In this document: positions 49,263-60,720 of the stretch, in pieces
How the letters are laid out: each line of letters begins with the position of its first letter
Position numbering within the stretch: position 1 is the stretch's first letter
DNA from: an uncultured Bacilli bacterium
GTDB taxonomy: Bacteria; Bacillota_I; Bacilli_A; RF39; UBA660
Assembly (NCBI GenBank): GCA_934096715.1
Contig: CAKOMQ010000004.1
Location: forward strand, 2,051 to 66,050
Length of the DNA: 64,000 nucleotides
Direction of reading: 5' to 3'
Program-made: the position numbers and the translations under genes
Notes under the pieces: model-generated
The model's input: only the letters and a program-made list of their open reading frames with translations
Told to the model about the DNA's origin: nothing
Database searches by the model: none

Positions 49263-49333
49263 AATATTCCTCCTTGAAATCATTATAATTCATTTAAAAA
49301 CTACTTGCAAGTAAATAACCAATAGTTTCTATT

Positions 49334-50905
49334 TTATCTTATAGCATCTACTTTATAAACAAATATTGTTTCACTTGCGTTATTAGAAGCATAACCATTA
49401 TAGTTTTTAGATAATGTAGTTAAACTTTTTACAGTACTTACCTTTTCAGAAATAATATTAGAATATTTTACTAGTTCATTTATACCTTCTTCATTGAATC
49501 TATTAGCGCCTTCTAGTACTTGTTTACTACCATTTTTTAATAGTTTAGAATTTTCACTTAACGCTTTAGTACCTTGATTTATCTTTTTAGTATTACTATT
49601 TATAAGAGTCATATTCTTATCTAAACTATTAGTACCTACATATAGTCTATCTATATTAGTAACAAGTAGATCTAGAGAAGTATTAACTTTTTCTACTAAA
49701 GTTTTAGTACTATTTGATAATGAGTTAATGGCATTAGTATTATTATCTAATAACATAACTAGTTCAACTGTATTTTTAACATTTAATAAATTTACATCTG
49801 TACCAGTATAGTTAGCTAATGAATTAGTTTGATAAATTGTTAATAATTCTTCATAAGTCATATTGGTTTTACTAATTAAAGTATTTCTTGTAGAATTGTT
49901 CTTTGTAAGTAATTCTCTTAAACCTTCTTCATTAGAACTAGCAGTTACCATTCTATTTAATTCATCTTTACTATCAATAATACTTTGTTTTAATAATAAA
50001 ATATTATTACTTAAATCTCCTGTTTTACTATTTATTTGATTAATATATCCACTTATAGCATTCATATTATCACTTAGTTTTTTAGTACTATTTTCTAAAG
50101 TTTTATTACTATCATCTAGAGTTCTAATACCATCTATTAGTTTATTCATGTTATCACTTAGTTTAGTAGCACTAGTAGTTAGAATATCTACTTTATTAAA
50201 CATACTTAAATCTACATCGCTTAGTAATTTAGGACTAGCTACTATATAGAAATCATTTGTACTAAAGTTTTTAGTAGTATAAGATAATGTTATAGTATTT
50301 AATTTACTCATACTATTTATACTTAAACTTTCATATAATCCTGGAGAAGATATCGCAAGTACTGAAGAACGTGTTCCACTATCAACTACTTTACCATTAG
50401 TAACTCTAATATTAGAGTTATCTTCATTATTAAGAATAGTTCCTACACTTACTACGAATGGAGTATATAAAGTCTTACTATTTAAGTATTTTTTACTATT
50501 ATTAGTAAATTCAAATTTAATTTTAATATTTCCACTTTTACCAACAATATCTTGTGCTTTCTTTTCCTTGCCATCTAAGTAGTAAGTTATTTTAGTACTT
50601 ATAGGTAATTTATTTTCACTAGTACCTTGATAATAAATATCTTTATTAAGATTATTAAAGATTAGTTTATTACCATTTTGAGTAAACGATTCATCACCAT
50701 TTATATTCATAATATCTTTAAGTTCAGTTTCATCTTCAATACTTGTTTTACCATTTAAATATAAATGATTAGTAACAACACTTTTATTTATACTACCATC
50801 ACTATTTAAGTTAGTATAAACAGATTCACTTTTAGTTAAGGCTCCAACATTTAATGGAGTAACTATTAATAAAAGTAATAATAAATAATTTTTAATTTTA
50901 TTCAT
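49334..50905 (-). CDS. Secreted coiled-coil protein, YhgE/Pip-like repeats
   Basis: 523 aa with a signal peptide. Repeated LSDNMNKL/IDG...L.. heptad-like segments. Translationally coupled to the MMPL gene. Confidence 0.35.
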   Translation of the reverse strand: MNKIKNYLLLLLLIVTPLNVGALTKSESVYTNLNSDGSINKSVVTNHLYLNGKTSIEDETELKDIMNINGDESFTQNGNKLIFNNLNKDIYYQGTSENKLPISTKITYYLDGKEKKAQDIVGKSGNIKIKFEFTNNSKKYLNSKTLYTPFVVSVGTILNNEDNSNIRVTNGKVVDSGTRSSVLAISSPGLYESLSINSMSKLNTITLSYTTKNFSTNDFYIVASPKLLSDVDLSMFNKVDILTTSATKLSDNMNKLIDGIRTLDDSNKTLENSTKKLSDNMNAISGYINQINSKTGDLSNNILLLKQSIIDSKDELNRMVTASSNEEGLRELLTKNNSTRNTLISKTNMTYEELLTIYQTNSLANYTGTDVNLLNVKNTVELVMLLDNNTNAINSLSNSTKTLVEKVNTSLDLLVTNIDRLYVGTNSLDKNMTLINSNTKKINQGTKALSENSKLLKNGSKQVLEGANRFNEEGINELVKYSNIISEKVSTVKSLTTLSKNYNGYASNNASETIFVYKVDAIR

Positions 50906-52985
50906 GTATAAGACTTCCTTTCATACCTTTTGTGGTTTTCATAATTAAATTATCAAATATTAATAGAAGTGATGGTAAAACAAATACTACCACTAACATA
51001 CTAATAATTGCACCTCTTGATATTAATAAGCATATAGATCCAATCATATCAATATCAGAGTAAATATAGACACCAAATGTTGCACAGAAGAAACATAAGG
51101 CACTTGTAATAATTGAAACACTAGATAAATCTAAAGTTTCTTTCATACATTCGTATTTATCTTTATTTTTCTTTCTAAGTTCTAAGTATTTAGTACTCAT
51201 TAAAATAGCATAGTCGATAGTGGCTCCTAGTTGAATTGTACCTACGACAATTGATGCGATAAACGGAAGTGATGTATTAGTAAAGTAAGATAAAGATAAA
51301 TTCATAAATATTGCCATTTCAATTGCAAATACTAAGATAACTGGTAAACTAATTGATTTAAGTACAATTAACATTATTACAAATATTACAGCTATTGATA
51401 TATAGTTAACTACTTTAAAATCATGATCTGCTATTGTAACTAAATCTTTAGTTAGAGCACCTTCTCCTGCTACTATACCATTTTTATCATACTTCTTAAC
51501 TAGTTTCTCTACATTATCTACTTGACTATTTAATTCTTTACTAGCAACTTCATATGTAGAATTAATTATTATAATTTGATATAAATCATTCTTATATATA
51601 TTAGTTAAATCTTCTGGTAAGATATCTGTAGATATACCACTTTTTTCAAGTAAAGATGGTGCTAGAACTAAATCAATACCATCCATACTTTTTAAGTCAT
51701 TAACTAACTCTTCTATTTCATTAGCTTTTATACTTTTATCTAGAATAATTATTTGTGGTGATATTATATTATATCTTTTAGCAAGTTCACTATTTGCAAC
51801 ACTACTAGGTAGATCATCTGGTAAAGACTTATCTAGTTTATAATATACATCATAATTACTATTACCGTAGATAGCTGGTATTAATAAGATTAAGAATACT
51901 ATAACAATATATTTGTAGTATTTTGTTGAGAAGTTGTTAATAAACTTAAATTTTGGAAAGTGTATTTTATGTTTAGTCTTCTCTATTAAACTATCAAATG
52001 TAAGTAATAAAGCTGGGAATACAGTTAAGACACAAATTAGTCCCCATAATACACCTTTAGCCATTACTATACCAATATCTTTTCCAAGAGTTAAATCCAT
52101 AAAACATAATGCGAGAAAGCCAGCAATTGTTGTAAGTGATGAACCAATTACAGATTTAAATGTTTCACATATTGCTTCATTCATAGCTTCTTTTTTATCA
52201 TGTTTTTTACTCTTCTCTTTTGCTTGTTCATACTTATGATATAAGAATATTGAGAAGTCTGTTGTAACTCCTAATTGAAGCACAGCAGTTATTGCTTTAG
52301 TAATATAAGATACATTTCCTAATAAGATATTACTTCCTAAATTATAAATAATTGCAAAACCTATATTACCTAGAAGTAGAACTGGGATAATATAAGAGTC
52401 TGTAGCAAATCCTAATACTATTAAACATAGAATAACAGCAATTGTTACATAAATAATGACTTCACTATTAGATAAGTTCATTGTATCTATAACCATTGAT
52501 GTCATACCAGATACACTAGAAGCATTATCAACTGTATCTCTTATTTCATTAACCGCATTCATTGTTCTTTCATTACTTGTACCATCTTCCATAGTTACTA
52601 TAATAACAGTACCATCTTTATTAGTTATTTTATCTGTTATGTTACTAGGTAGCATATTAATTGGAATAGTTGAGTCTGTTACGTCAGCAACGCTAACAAC
52701 TCCATTAACACCATCTATGTCTTTAATCTTATCTTCTAATGTTAAGATATCATGATTAGACATATTATCAACCATAACAAATGAAAATGCTCCAATATTA
52801 AATTCATCTGTTAATATTTCTTGACCTTTCATTGTGTCAATATCACTCGGTAAGTAAACTAGGATATCATAATTAACTTTTGTATTAACATAGCCAATTA
52901 CAGCTGGTATCAAAAGTATAATAGATAAAAATACAATAAGTTTACTATGCTCCGTTATAAATTTAGATATCTTTTTCATATTCAT
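50898..52985 (-). CDS. MMPL/RND-superfamily membrane transporter
   Basis: 695 aa. Two blocks of ~6 TM helices, each preceded by an extracytoplasmic loop. A divergent TetR regulator is adjacent. Confidence 0.6.
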   Translation of the reverse strand: MNMKKISKFITEHSKLIVFLSIILLIPAVIGYVNTKVNYDILVYLPSDIDTMKGQEILTDEFNIGAFSFVMVDNMSNHDILTLEDKIKDIDGVNGVVSVADVTDSTIPINMLPSNITDKITNKDGTVIIVTMEDGTSNERTMNAVNEIRDTVDNASSVSGMTSMVIDTMNLSNSEVIIYVTIAVILCLIVLGFATDSYIIPVLLLGNIGFAIIYNLGSNILLGNVSYITKAITAVLQLGVTTDFSIFLYHKYEQAKEKSKKHDKKEAMNEAICETFKSVIGSSLTTIAGFLALCFMDLTLGKDIGIVMAKGVLWGLICVLTVFPALLLTFDSLIEKTKHKIHFPKFKFINNFSTKYYKYIVIVFLILLIPAIYGNSNYDVYYKLDKSLPDDLPSSVANSELAKRYNIISPQIIILDKSIKANEIEELVNDLKSMDGIDLVLAPSLLEKSGISTDILPEDLTNIYKNDLYQIIIINSTYEVASKELNSQVDNVEKLVKKYDKNGIVAGEGALTKDLVTIADHDFKVVNYISIAVIFVIMLIVLKSISLPVILVFAIEMAIFMNLSLSYFTNTSLPFIASIVVGTIQLGATIDYAILMSTKYLELRKKNKDKYECMKETLDLSSVSIITSALCFFCATFGVYIYSDIDMIGSICLLISRGAIISMLVVVFVLPSLLLIFDNLIMKTTKGMKGSLIHE

Positions 52986-53157
52986 TCCTCCAACACGTTA
53001 TAGTTTATTCTATTTAAATTAATTATTCACTTACAATAAACGTATAAATGTATTTTAATAAACAATTGTCTACTAATTGTATGATATTTACTATACTTTT
53101 GTTGCTTATTTTTGTATTTGTATGATAAAAGTGCTATAATGATTTTGGTGACTTGAT

Positions 53158-53718
53158 ATGAATAAAACTGATTTACGTGTTATAAAAACAAAGAAATGTT
53201 TATATAATGCTTTATTGATATTAATGAAAGATAATACTTTTGAAAATATTAAAGTATCAGATATATGTGATAAAGCATTAGTAAATAGATCAACATTCTA
53301 TTCTCATTTTGATGATAAATACGATTTATTATATGATTTTATAACTGATTTAAAAAACGAACTAGCAAATGAATTAGAAAATAATAATGAAATAGCGTCT
53401 ACACGTCTATATTACTTAAAGATGATTGAATTATTTATAAATCATATTGAAGATAAGAAAGATATATATTCAATGGTTATGAAAAATAATCGAAATGGTA
53501 TTACGACTGATATGGTTTATCAAACTTTAAATCAAGATGTATTAAAAAGATTAGAGAAGGAAAAGGATTCACAAGCAAACAAAGTACCTAGAGAAATTAT
53601 TGCTAAATTTTATTTGGGTGCTATTATCAATGTTGGTATGGAACTTTTAGAAAATAACAAATACACTAAAGAAGAAATATTGACATATTTTGACGAATTA
53701 ATACCAGAAAATTTGTAA
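53158..53718 (+). CDS. TetR/AcrR-family transcriptional regulator
   Basis: 186 aa. N-terminal HTH FENIKVSDICDKALVNRSTFYSHF. Confidence 0.8.
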   Translation: MNKTDLRVIKTKKCLYNALLILMKDNTFENIKVSDICDKALVNRSTFYSHFDDKYDLLYDFITDLKNELANELENNNEIASTRLYYLKMIELFINHIEDKKDIYSMVMKNNRNGITTDMVYQTLNQDVLKRLEKEKDSQANKVPREIIAKFYLGAIINVGMELLENNKYTKEEILTYFDELIPENL

Positions 53719-53760
53719 ATAATATAAATAGTTTGGTATAATTTTTACAAGGAGGCTAAT

Positions 53761-54507
53761 ATGAGATTAGAAAATAAAGTTGCTATTATAACTGGTAGCT
53801 CATCAGGTATTGGTTATGCAGTGGCAGATAAATATTTAAGTGAAGGAGCAAAAGTTGTTGTTTGTGGACTTAATCCTGAAGATATCAAGAAGTCTATAGA
53901 TAAGTTATCTCTTAAATATGATGCAAATAATATTTTGGGAGTTACTGTTAATGTAAAAAATACAAATGAAATAGAAAATTTATTTAATGAAACAATAAAA
54001 AAATTTGGTAAATTAGATATTCTAGTTAATAATGCTGGTATTGCTCCTGCTAAACCACTTGATTTAATGACTGACGAAGAATGGGATAATACAATTAGTA
54101 TTAATTTAACTGGTGCATTTAAGTGTACTCGTGAAGCTTTCAAATATATGAAAGAAACGGGTGGAAGTATTATAAATACTAGTTCTTTTGTTAGCTTATA
54201 TGGTTCACCTACTCAAGCTAGTTATTCAGCTAGTAAAGCAGGCCTTAATGGACTTACTAAATCTAATGCTAAAGAATTAGGTAAATTTGGAATACGTGTT
54301 AATGCCGTAGCGCCAGGCGTAGTAATGACTGACATGGTTAAAGAAACTACTAATGATCAAGTAATTGAAAGATTAAATATGATGACACCTGTTGGTAGAG
54401 CTAGTCAAGTTAGTGATTTAGTTGGTATCTATGTTTATCTAGCTAGCGATGAATCATTAACTACTACTGGTACTATTATAAATATTGATGGTGGATTAGT
54501 AATGTAA
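53761..54507 (+). CDS. Short-chain dehydrogenase/reductase (FabG-like)
   Basis: 248 aa. TGSSSGIG, NNAG and YSASKAG motifs. Confidence 0.8.
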   Translation: MRLENKVAIITGSSSGIGYAVADKYLSEGAKVVVCGLNPEDIKKSIDKLSLKYDANNILGVTVNVKNTNEIENLFNETIKKFGKLDILVNNAGIAPAKPLDLMTDEEWDNTISINLTGAFKCTREAFKYMKETGGSIINTSSFVSLYGSPTQASYSASKAGLNGLTKSNAKELGKFGIRVNAVAPGVVMTDMVKETTNDQVIERLNMMTPVGRASQVSDLVGIYVYLASDESLTTTGTIINIDGGLVM

Positions 54508-54764
54508 AAAAATGTTCCTAACAAGTGAACATTTTTTATTTGCATAAAACAATTTTTTATGTAAATAAAATATAAAAATTGGAAATACGCAAAATATAAT
54601 TAGCTTTGCTAAAACACATTTCTTAAAGTTTGATGTTCGTCAAATAAAAAGCAAACTATTATAGTCATAACACTTAACATAAATAGTGGTACAAATATTA
54701 GGGTAAATATTCTTCTAAATTTTTCCCATCACATCTTCTTGTAAAGACCTTCATAAGCATCATC

Positions 54765-55379
54765 CTACTCTAAACTATCTTTAAACATATTATTTATATT
54801 CTCTATAACTATATATGTCATTATATCATAATTCATATTACTATGTTTATGATATATTTTTTCATGACATAAATTATCTATCATCCCAATCATTATATGA
54901 ACTTTCTCACTTAAATGATTATCTTTAACTCCAGTGTTAACTAGAAGATTTTTTAGATAATTGGTCATTTCTATTTCTCTATTATAGTAGTATTCAGCTA
55001 CTCTTTTATCAGAATGAACCATAGCCATTATTTCTTCATGAGCAATTTCACTAACTATATGATTATTAATATATTTATCTATCATATTTTTTAATATTTT
55101 ATCAAAGTTCTTAACATCAAAATCTTTGCTTTTTATTTTGAGCATTGGAAAGAATATATCACTTCCATATTTTTCTAAAGCATTCATAAATATGTCATAT
55201 TTATCTTGAAAGTACTGGTAGACAATTCCTGTAGACACTCCTGCTTTCTTAGCTATAAGTGCGGTATTGGTGTTATAGTAACCTTGTTCACATATTAGTT
55301 TAAATCCACTTTCAATTATTTTTTCTTTTTTCTCTATTGCTCTATTTTGTTTAGGATCTCTTTTCTCCAATTTACTCAC
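54765..55379 (-). CDS. TetR/AcrR-family transcriptional regulator
   Basis: 204 aa. HTH YNTNTALIAKKAGVSTGIVYQYF. Confidence 0.8.
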   Translation of the reverse strand: MSKLEKRDPKQNRAIEKKEKIIESGFKLICEQGYYNTNTALIAKKAGVSTGIVYQYFQDKYDIFMNALEKYGSDIFFPMLKIKSKDFDVKNFDKILKNMIDKYINNHIVSEIAHEEIMAMVHSDKRVAEYYYNREIEMTNYLKNLLVNTGVKDNHLSEKVHIMIGMIDNLCHEKIYHKHSNMNYDIMTYIVIENINNMFKDSLE

Positions 55380-55495
55380 CTTCTAACTAATTATAACACA
55401 TATATGAATAATTTTTCATATTACATTGACTATTATTATTTATTAGAATATAATTAATATGAAATATGTTTCATGTTTCAAAAAGGAGTTATTTT

Positions 55496-56200
55496 ATGAA
55501 AGAAAGTTTTATTAAATTAAAGAATGTTAAGAAAACATATATTGTTGGAGAACAAGAATTTAATGCCCTAAATGGCGTTGATGCAGAAATTAATAAGGGA
55601 GAATTTGTTGTAATTTTAGGACCTAGTGGTGCTGGTAAATCTACCCTACTAAATTTACTTGGGGGAATGGATAAACCCACTAGTGGATCAATAATTATTG
55701 ATTCGGAAGATATTAGTAAATATAATGATAAAGAATTAACTAAGTATCGAGCTAATAGTGTTGGCTTTATATTCCAATTCTATAATATTATGCCTACCCT
55801 AACTGTACGTGAGAATGTTGAATTAATCAAAGATATTACTAAAACTAGTTTAAGTAGTAAAGATGTCTTAAAAAGTGTTGGTCTATATAAACATAAAGAT
55901 AAATTTCCGCAAGAATTATCTGGTGGCGAACAACAAAGAGTATCTATAGCAAGAGCTATTATGAAAGAACCAAAGTTACTGTTATGTGATGAACCTACTG
56001 GAGCGTTGGATTCTAAAACTGGTGTTGAAGTATTAAAACTATTAAAAGAAGAAGTTAATAAAGGTACTACTGTAATAATTGTTACTCATAACTCATTAAT
56101 TGCAGATATCGCTGACAGAGTTATCAATATTAAGAATGGTAAAATAGAAAAAAATAAATTAAATAAGAATCCTAAAAATATTGATGAGGTTAAGTGGTAA
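55496..56200 (+). CDS. ABC transporter ATP-binding protein (MacB/FtsE-type)
   Basis: Start moved to the ATG at 55496 (RBS aaaggag). GPSGAGKST, LSGGEQQR, LLCDEPTGALD. Confidence 0.85.
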   Translation: MKESFIKLKNVKKTYIVGEQEFNALNGVDAEINKGEFVVILGPSGAGKSTLLNLLGGMDKPTSGSIIIDSEDISKYNDKELTKYRANSVGFIFQFYNIMPTLTVRENVELIKDITKTSLSSKDVLKSVGLYKHKDKFPQELSGGEQQRVSIARAIMKEPKLLLCDEPTGALDSKTGVEVLKLLKEEVNKGTTVIIVTHNSLIADIADRVINIKNGKIEKNKLNKNPKNIDEVKW

Positions 56201-56201
56201 T

Positions 56202-58493
56202 ATGTTACATAAAAAGATGATTAGGGATATTAAAAATAATTTATCCCAATTTATTACAATATTCTTAATGATTATGATAGGTGTTATGGCCTATTCTGGT
56301 ATTAAAGCATACATGGATGGAATGAGTTATACTAAAGATACTTTCTATAAAGAAAATAATATTCAAGATTTAAATATAATTGGAACTAATTTTACTAATG
56401 ATGACTTAAATGAAATTAAAAACATTAATGGAGTTAATGATGCAGAAAGAAAGCTATCTATTACAGGTACTACTGATAATAATAAAACTTTATTAATTAA
56501 TTTTATTGAATCTAATAATATATCTAAATTTTATGTTGTAAGTGGAAAAGGATTTAATAAAGATACACATGGTGTATGGTTAGATGAATACTATGCTAAT
56601 GAAAATAATATAAAAGTTGGAGATTATATAAAAGTTAAATATGATAATATTTCTTTAAAAGAAAAAGTAATTGGACTTGTTAATGTACCAGATCACTTAT
56701 ATGATGTTCAAGATGAAAGTGAGTTGTTTCCTAATAGAAAAGAATTTGGCTTTGCTTATCTTTCTATAAATGAGTTAACTAAAGATTATAGTAATTATAT
56801 TATATTTAATAATATTATGGTAGATCTTAAAGATAATGCTAATTTGAATCAAGTAAGAAATGAAATAGAAAATAAATTTAGTAGTAATTTAGCAATTATT
56901 AAAACTAGTGATACTACTTCTGATAGTACATATCAAGGAGAAATAGATGAAGGTAAAACTTATGTAGGGGTATTTTCAGGATTATTCATTTTTATAGCGA
57001 TGCTTTCAGTTATTGCAACAATGACAAGAGTTATTAAAAAAGAAAGAACTCAAATAGGAACATTAAAAGCTTTAGGATTTAAGAATTCAAGAATACTAAT
57101 GCATTATATTGGTTATGGACTATATATATCAATTCTTGCTAGTATAGTAGGTTTAATACTAGGATATTTCTTTATAGGTAATACTTTTATGAATCTTGAA
57201 ACAAGTGTATTTGAAATACCTAATGGACATCCTGTCATAAATTCATCTAGTTATTTAGTGGCAATTTTAGTAGTACTATTAATAACATTTATAACTTACA
57301 TTACTGGTAGAACTATACTAAAAGAAAATCCTAGTGAAACACTAAGAAATAAAATACCTAGTGTTAAAGGTAGAAGTCTTAATATTACTAAGAAAGGTAT
57401 ATTTAAAAAATTAAATTTTTCTAGTAAATGGAATTTAAGAGATATAATTAGAAATAAAGCAAGAACTATTATGGGTATAGTTGGACTTTCTGGATCTACT
57501 ATGTTAATAGTGTGTGCTTTAGGTATGTTAAATAGTATGAATTATTTTGTAGATTTACAATTTAATAAATTATATAACTTTGATTATAAACTTAATTTAA
57601 TGAGTAATATAAGTGAGAATGATTTAAATAATTTAGAAAATATTTATGGCAATCATACTTCTAGAACTTATGGTATAGAAATTAAAGATAATAATAAATT
57701 AGAGTCTAATAATATATTTGTAGATGATAGTGATGGCTATGTAAAGTTTATTGATAATAAAGATAACTATACTAAAGTAGATAATAATAAAGGAATATAT
57801 GTTACTTATAAATTAGCAAGCAATAATAATTATAAAATTGGAGATAAAATTACATGGCATATTTATGGAGATAATCATTATTATACAAGTGAAATTGTTG
57901 GATTTAATAAAGATTTCCAAAATCAAAATATTACGATGACTAGAGAATATTTAGAAAGTTTAGGTATTACATATAAACCAGATTCATTATATACTAATAA
58001 AGATTTAAAGGATGTTAAAAGTATTAAGAATGTAGAAAACATACAAGATAAAGATTCATTAAAGAATGGTATGAATAATATGTTATCTATGATGAAAACT
58101 ATGTTAACATTGATTATAAGTATTGCTATTATACTAGGAAGTATTATTATATATAATTTAGGTATACTTTCTTATACTGAGAAACAATATCAATTTGCTA
58201 CTTTGAAAGTTCTTGGTTTTGATGATAGTAAAATTAAAAATATATTTACTAAACAAAATAACTGGATTTCCATAATATCTATATTAATTGGATTACCTTG
58301 TGGTTATATTTTAACTAGTTGGTTATTTAAAACTGCTATTGATGAAAATTATGACTTTGGCGCTCATATATTACCTATAACTTATATATTGGCGGCTATT
58401 GGGACATTTGTTATCTCTTATTTAGTATCTAGATTACTTGCTAAAAGAATTAAAAATATAGATATGGTTACTAGTTTAAAAGGCAATGAATAA
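56202..58493 (+). CDS. FtsX-family ABC transporter permease (two FtsX modules)
   Basis: ~764 aa. Large extracytoplasmic loops and two 4-TM FtsX-like modules. The start is uncertain (56184 or 56202). Confidence 0.75.
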   Translation: MLHKKMIRDIKNNLSQFITIFLMIMIGVMAYSGIKAYMDGMSYTKDTFYKENNIQDLNIIGTNFTNDDLNEIKNINGVNDAERKLSITGTTDNNKTLLINFIESNNISKFYVVSGKGFNKDTHGVWLDEYYANENNIKVGDYIKVKYDNISLKEKVIGLVNVPDHLYDVQDESELFPNRKEFGFAYLSINELTKDYSNYIIFNNIMVDLKDNANLNQVRNEIENKFSSNLAIIKTSDTTSDSTYQGEIDEGKTYVGVFSGLFIFIAMLSVIATMTRVIKKERTQIGTLKALGFKNSRILMHYIGYGLYISILASIVGLILGYFFIGNTFMNLETSVFEIPNGHPVINSSSYLVAILVVLLITFITYITGRTILKENPSETLRNKIPSVKGRSLNITKKGIFKKLNFSSKWNLRDIIRNKARTIMGIVGLSGSTMLIVCALGMLNSMNYFVDLQFNKLYNFDYKLNLMSNISENDLNNLENIYGNHTSRTYGIEIKDNNKLESNNIFVDDSDGYVKFIDNKDNYTKVDNNKGIYVTYKLASNNNYKIGDKITWHIYGDNHYYTSEIVGFNKDFQNQNITMTREYLESLGITYKPDSLYTNKDLKDVKSIKNVENIQDKDSLKNGMNNMLSMMKTMLTLIISIAIILGSIIIYNLGILSYTEKQYQFATLKVLGFDDSKIKNIFTKQNNWISIISILIGLPCGYILTSWLFKTAIDENYDFGAHILPITYILAAIGTFVISYLVSRLLAKRIKNIDMVTSLKGNE

Positions 58494-58597
58494 TTTAGTT
58501 CATTGCCTTGAATCCATATCTATCTGCAATAAAATATTGATATTTTATAAATTTTTGTGTATACTTAATTTAGGTAAAGCAAGCAGGTATGTTTCGC

Positions 58598-58786
58598 TTA
58601 TATCATTAAGGATAGTAAGCTATCGACATAGTCGATGGCTTTTTTGATTAGACCAAGATGAATATACAAAATGGCTAACCAAAAGGCTACTTTTAATAAC
58701 TTATACTTAAGTCTTAATTTCATCGTACCACGTAGTTCAGAATCAAAACCATTGTTCCAAAAACCCCTGATAGTTTGATGGTACAA
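58598..58786 (-). pseudogene. C-terminal remnant of an IS1182/IS5-type transposase
   Basis: The 62-aa ORF ...IRGFWNNGFDSELRGTMKLRLKYKLLKVAFWLAILYIHLGLIKK resembles the conserved ...G..RF.LRG..KV..E..L.A.A.N..K tail of these transposases. No upstream catalytic part is present. Confidence 0.35.
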
Positions 58787-58799
58787 GCCACAACACCTG

Positions 58800-59568
58800 C
58801 TCGCTTGGTTAGTTATTTTTTTATTTGTAATCTTATTTACTGTATCTATTGCATTATTAAATCTACATTTTATATAATGAGTCGTTACTAATTCTATATT
58901 ATTATAATCTTCTAAATTAAATATAAAATTATTTTATTTATAAAATACATATATCATATATCCTGTTATAAATTCTATAAAACCTATTATAAAATATGTT
59001 ATAGATAATATGTTAGTTGGAAATATTATAAATTGAATAGTAATCCATAGCATTAATGTTATACCAAAAGTCATTCCTAATATACTACTTAAAAGTTTAT
59101 CTCTCTATAAATAGTAAACTGCTAGTAAATTAGTTAATCCATTTGCTATAATTAATGATATACCAGAGAATATATAATCTTTAAATAAATATTTACTAAA
59201 TGGTAAAACTTCAAAATAAGGTAGTAACTTATCCATTTGTAACAGTTTACCACTAGGACCTATAATCATACATATTCCACCATAAAGATTTACGATAACT
59301 TTCTAGTTTATAAGGCCAATAAATAACATCATGACTACACTCTACTAATTCTAAATCTTTATTATAAGTACCTAGAGCATTTACTTCTTCGTTTATAGTA
59401 GTTGGGAGAATAACAAATATAATATTGTGATAATAGATGCCATCATTTATTCCCGTCTAACTAGGGCTATTTAAGATTATTTGTTTTAATCCAACTGAAT
59501 CTATTACTACTATAGGAATATCTAAGTTAAATTTACTTTTTAACATATTTTTTATATTAGTAGTAACT
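58800..59568 (-). pseudogene. Degraded coding region (multiple stops and frameshifts), probably a membrane-protein gene
   Basis: No ORF of 60 aa or more in ~770 bp of a densely coded genome. Minus-strand translation from the ATG near 59556 gives MLKSKFNLDIPIVVIDSVG... and then breaks. Further hydrophobic fragments lie in other frames. Confidence 0.3.
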
Positions 59569-60720
59569 TCATTTTATAATCTGTCTTTTCTTACTTATAT
59601 AGTTAGTTATTATAATAAATATAATACTAAATATAAAGATAACTACAGAATTAATAATAAGTGGTTTAATATTGCTTAGAGTAAATGTTTCTAAACCTTT
59701 GATTATTTCATTATTCAAAATATAATAATAACTTGGAAGAATATGAGCAATATTTAATACATTATTAGACATATATTCCATTGGTACAAATGCTCCGCAT
59801 AAGAAGGATGCTCCTACTGCAACTACATTCACTATACCACCTAATGCATTTTTATTACTAGTGATATTGCCTATTAAGAAACCTATAGTTAAACTACATA
59901 TACTAAATATAAAAGAATTAATTATAAATAATAACCCATTCTTAGTTAATAATAAGTCTTTAAAGATAATTAAACTTAATAACATATATAGAATCCATAA
60001 TATAAATATAACTAAAGCATTAGATAAGAGTACTATTCTATTATATTTCCTATAATTATAACTACTTACAATAGTTCTTTTAAGTACATGTTCTTCTTTT
60101 AAACTAGCTAAGGTCATACTTATAATATATACACATCCTGCTAGAAAAGCATAGTTTAAGAAATTAAAATAAGTAGTCATTCTATTTAAATTATTACTAT
60201 CTAATGTAGAATTAACTTCTACTTTAACTTCTTTATCTAAAGTATTTTTAACTATATTAGATAAATCTTCTTGTTTATAGTAATCTTTATAGATATCAAT
60301 AGTTTTTAGATACTTTTCTACTAACATAATACTATACGTACTATCTTCATTATTACTTGCTTTATAGTCTATTTTAGGACTATTACCTATAATTATATCA
60401 TCACCAAAATTACTTGGTATATATAATACTAAATCTATATCACGATAGAATATAGCGTCATCTATATCATCTTTAGTATATTTATCTATATCTTTTATAT
60501 TAGTATGATTATCTAAGTAATTAATAAAATCTTTAGTAATAGAAGTATTATCTTTATTAACTATTAATATATTTGGTTTAGTTTCTTCATACGTTTTAAT
60601 ATTAGTAGATGATTGATTAAAGGCTGTTATAGATATTAACATAATTGTATAAATAATAAGCATACCTTTTAATTTATTTAATATTTTTAATACTGTCTTA
60701 AATACTATCATACTTTTCAC
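59569..60720 (-). CDS. ABC-2 type transporter permease
   Basis: 383 aa. N-terminal TM, large loop, then a 5-TM C-terminal bundle. Follows a paralogous permease and an ATPase. Confidence 0.7.
   Translation of the reverse strand: MKSMIVFKTVLKILNKLKGMLIIYTIMLISITAFNQSSTNIKTYEETKPNILIVNKDNTSITKDFINYLDNHTNIKDIDKYTKDDIDDAIFYRDIDLVLYIPSNFGDDIIIGNSPKIDYKASNNEDSTYSIMLVEKYLKTIDIYKDYYKQEDLSNIVKNTLDKEVKVEVNSTLDSNNLNRMTTYFNFLNYAFLAGCVYIISMTLASLKEEHVLKRTIVSSYNYRKYNRIVLLSNALVIFILWILYMLLSLIIFKDLLLTKNGLLFIINSFIFSICSLTIGFLIGNITSNKNALGGIVNVVAVGASFLCGAFVPMEYMSNNVLNIAHILPSYYYILNNEIIKGLETFTLSNIKPLIINSVVIFIFSIIFIIITNYISKKRQIIK

Noticed and set aside
54640-54764. Short hydrophobic reading frame (..KFRRIFTLIFVPLFMLSVMTIIVCFLFDEHQTLRNVF) downstream of the TetR gene at 54765-55379
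   Set aside because: No in-frame start codon with an RBS covers the hydrophobic part. It is probably a remnant or chance ORF.
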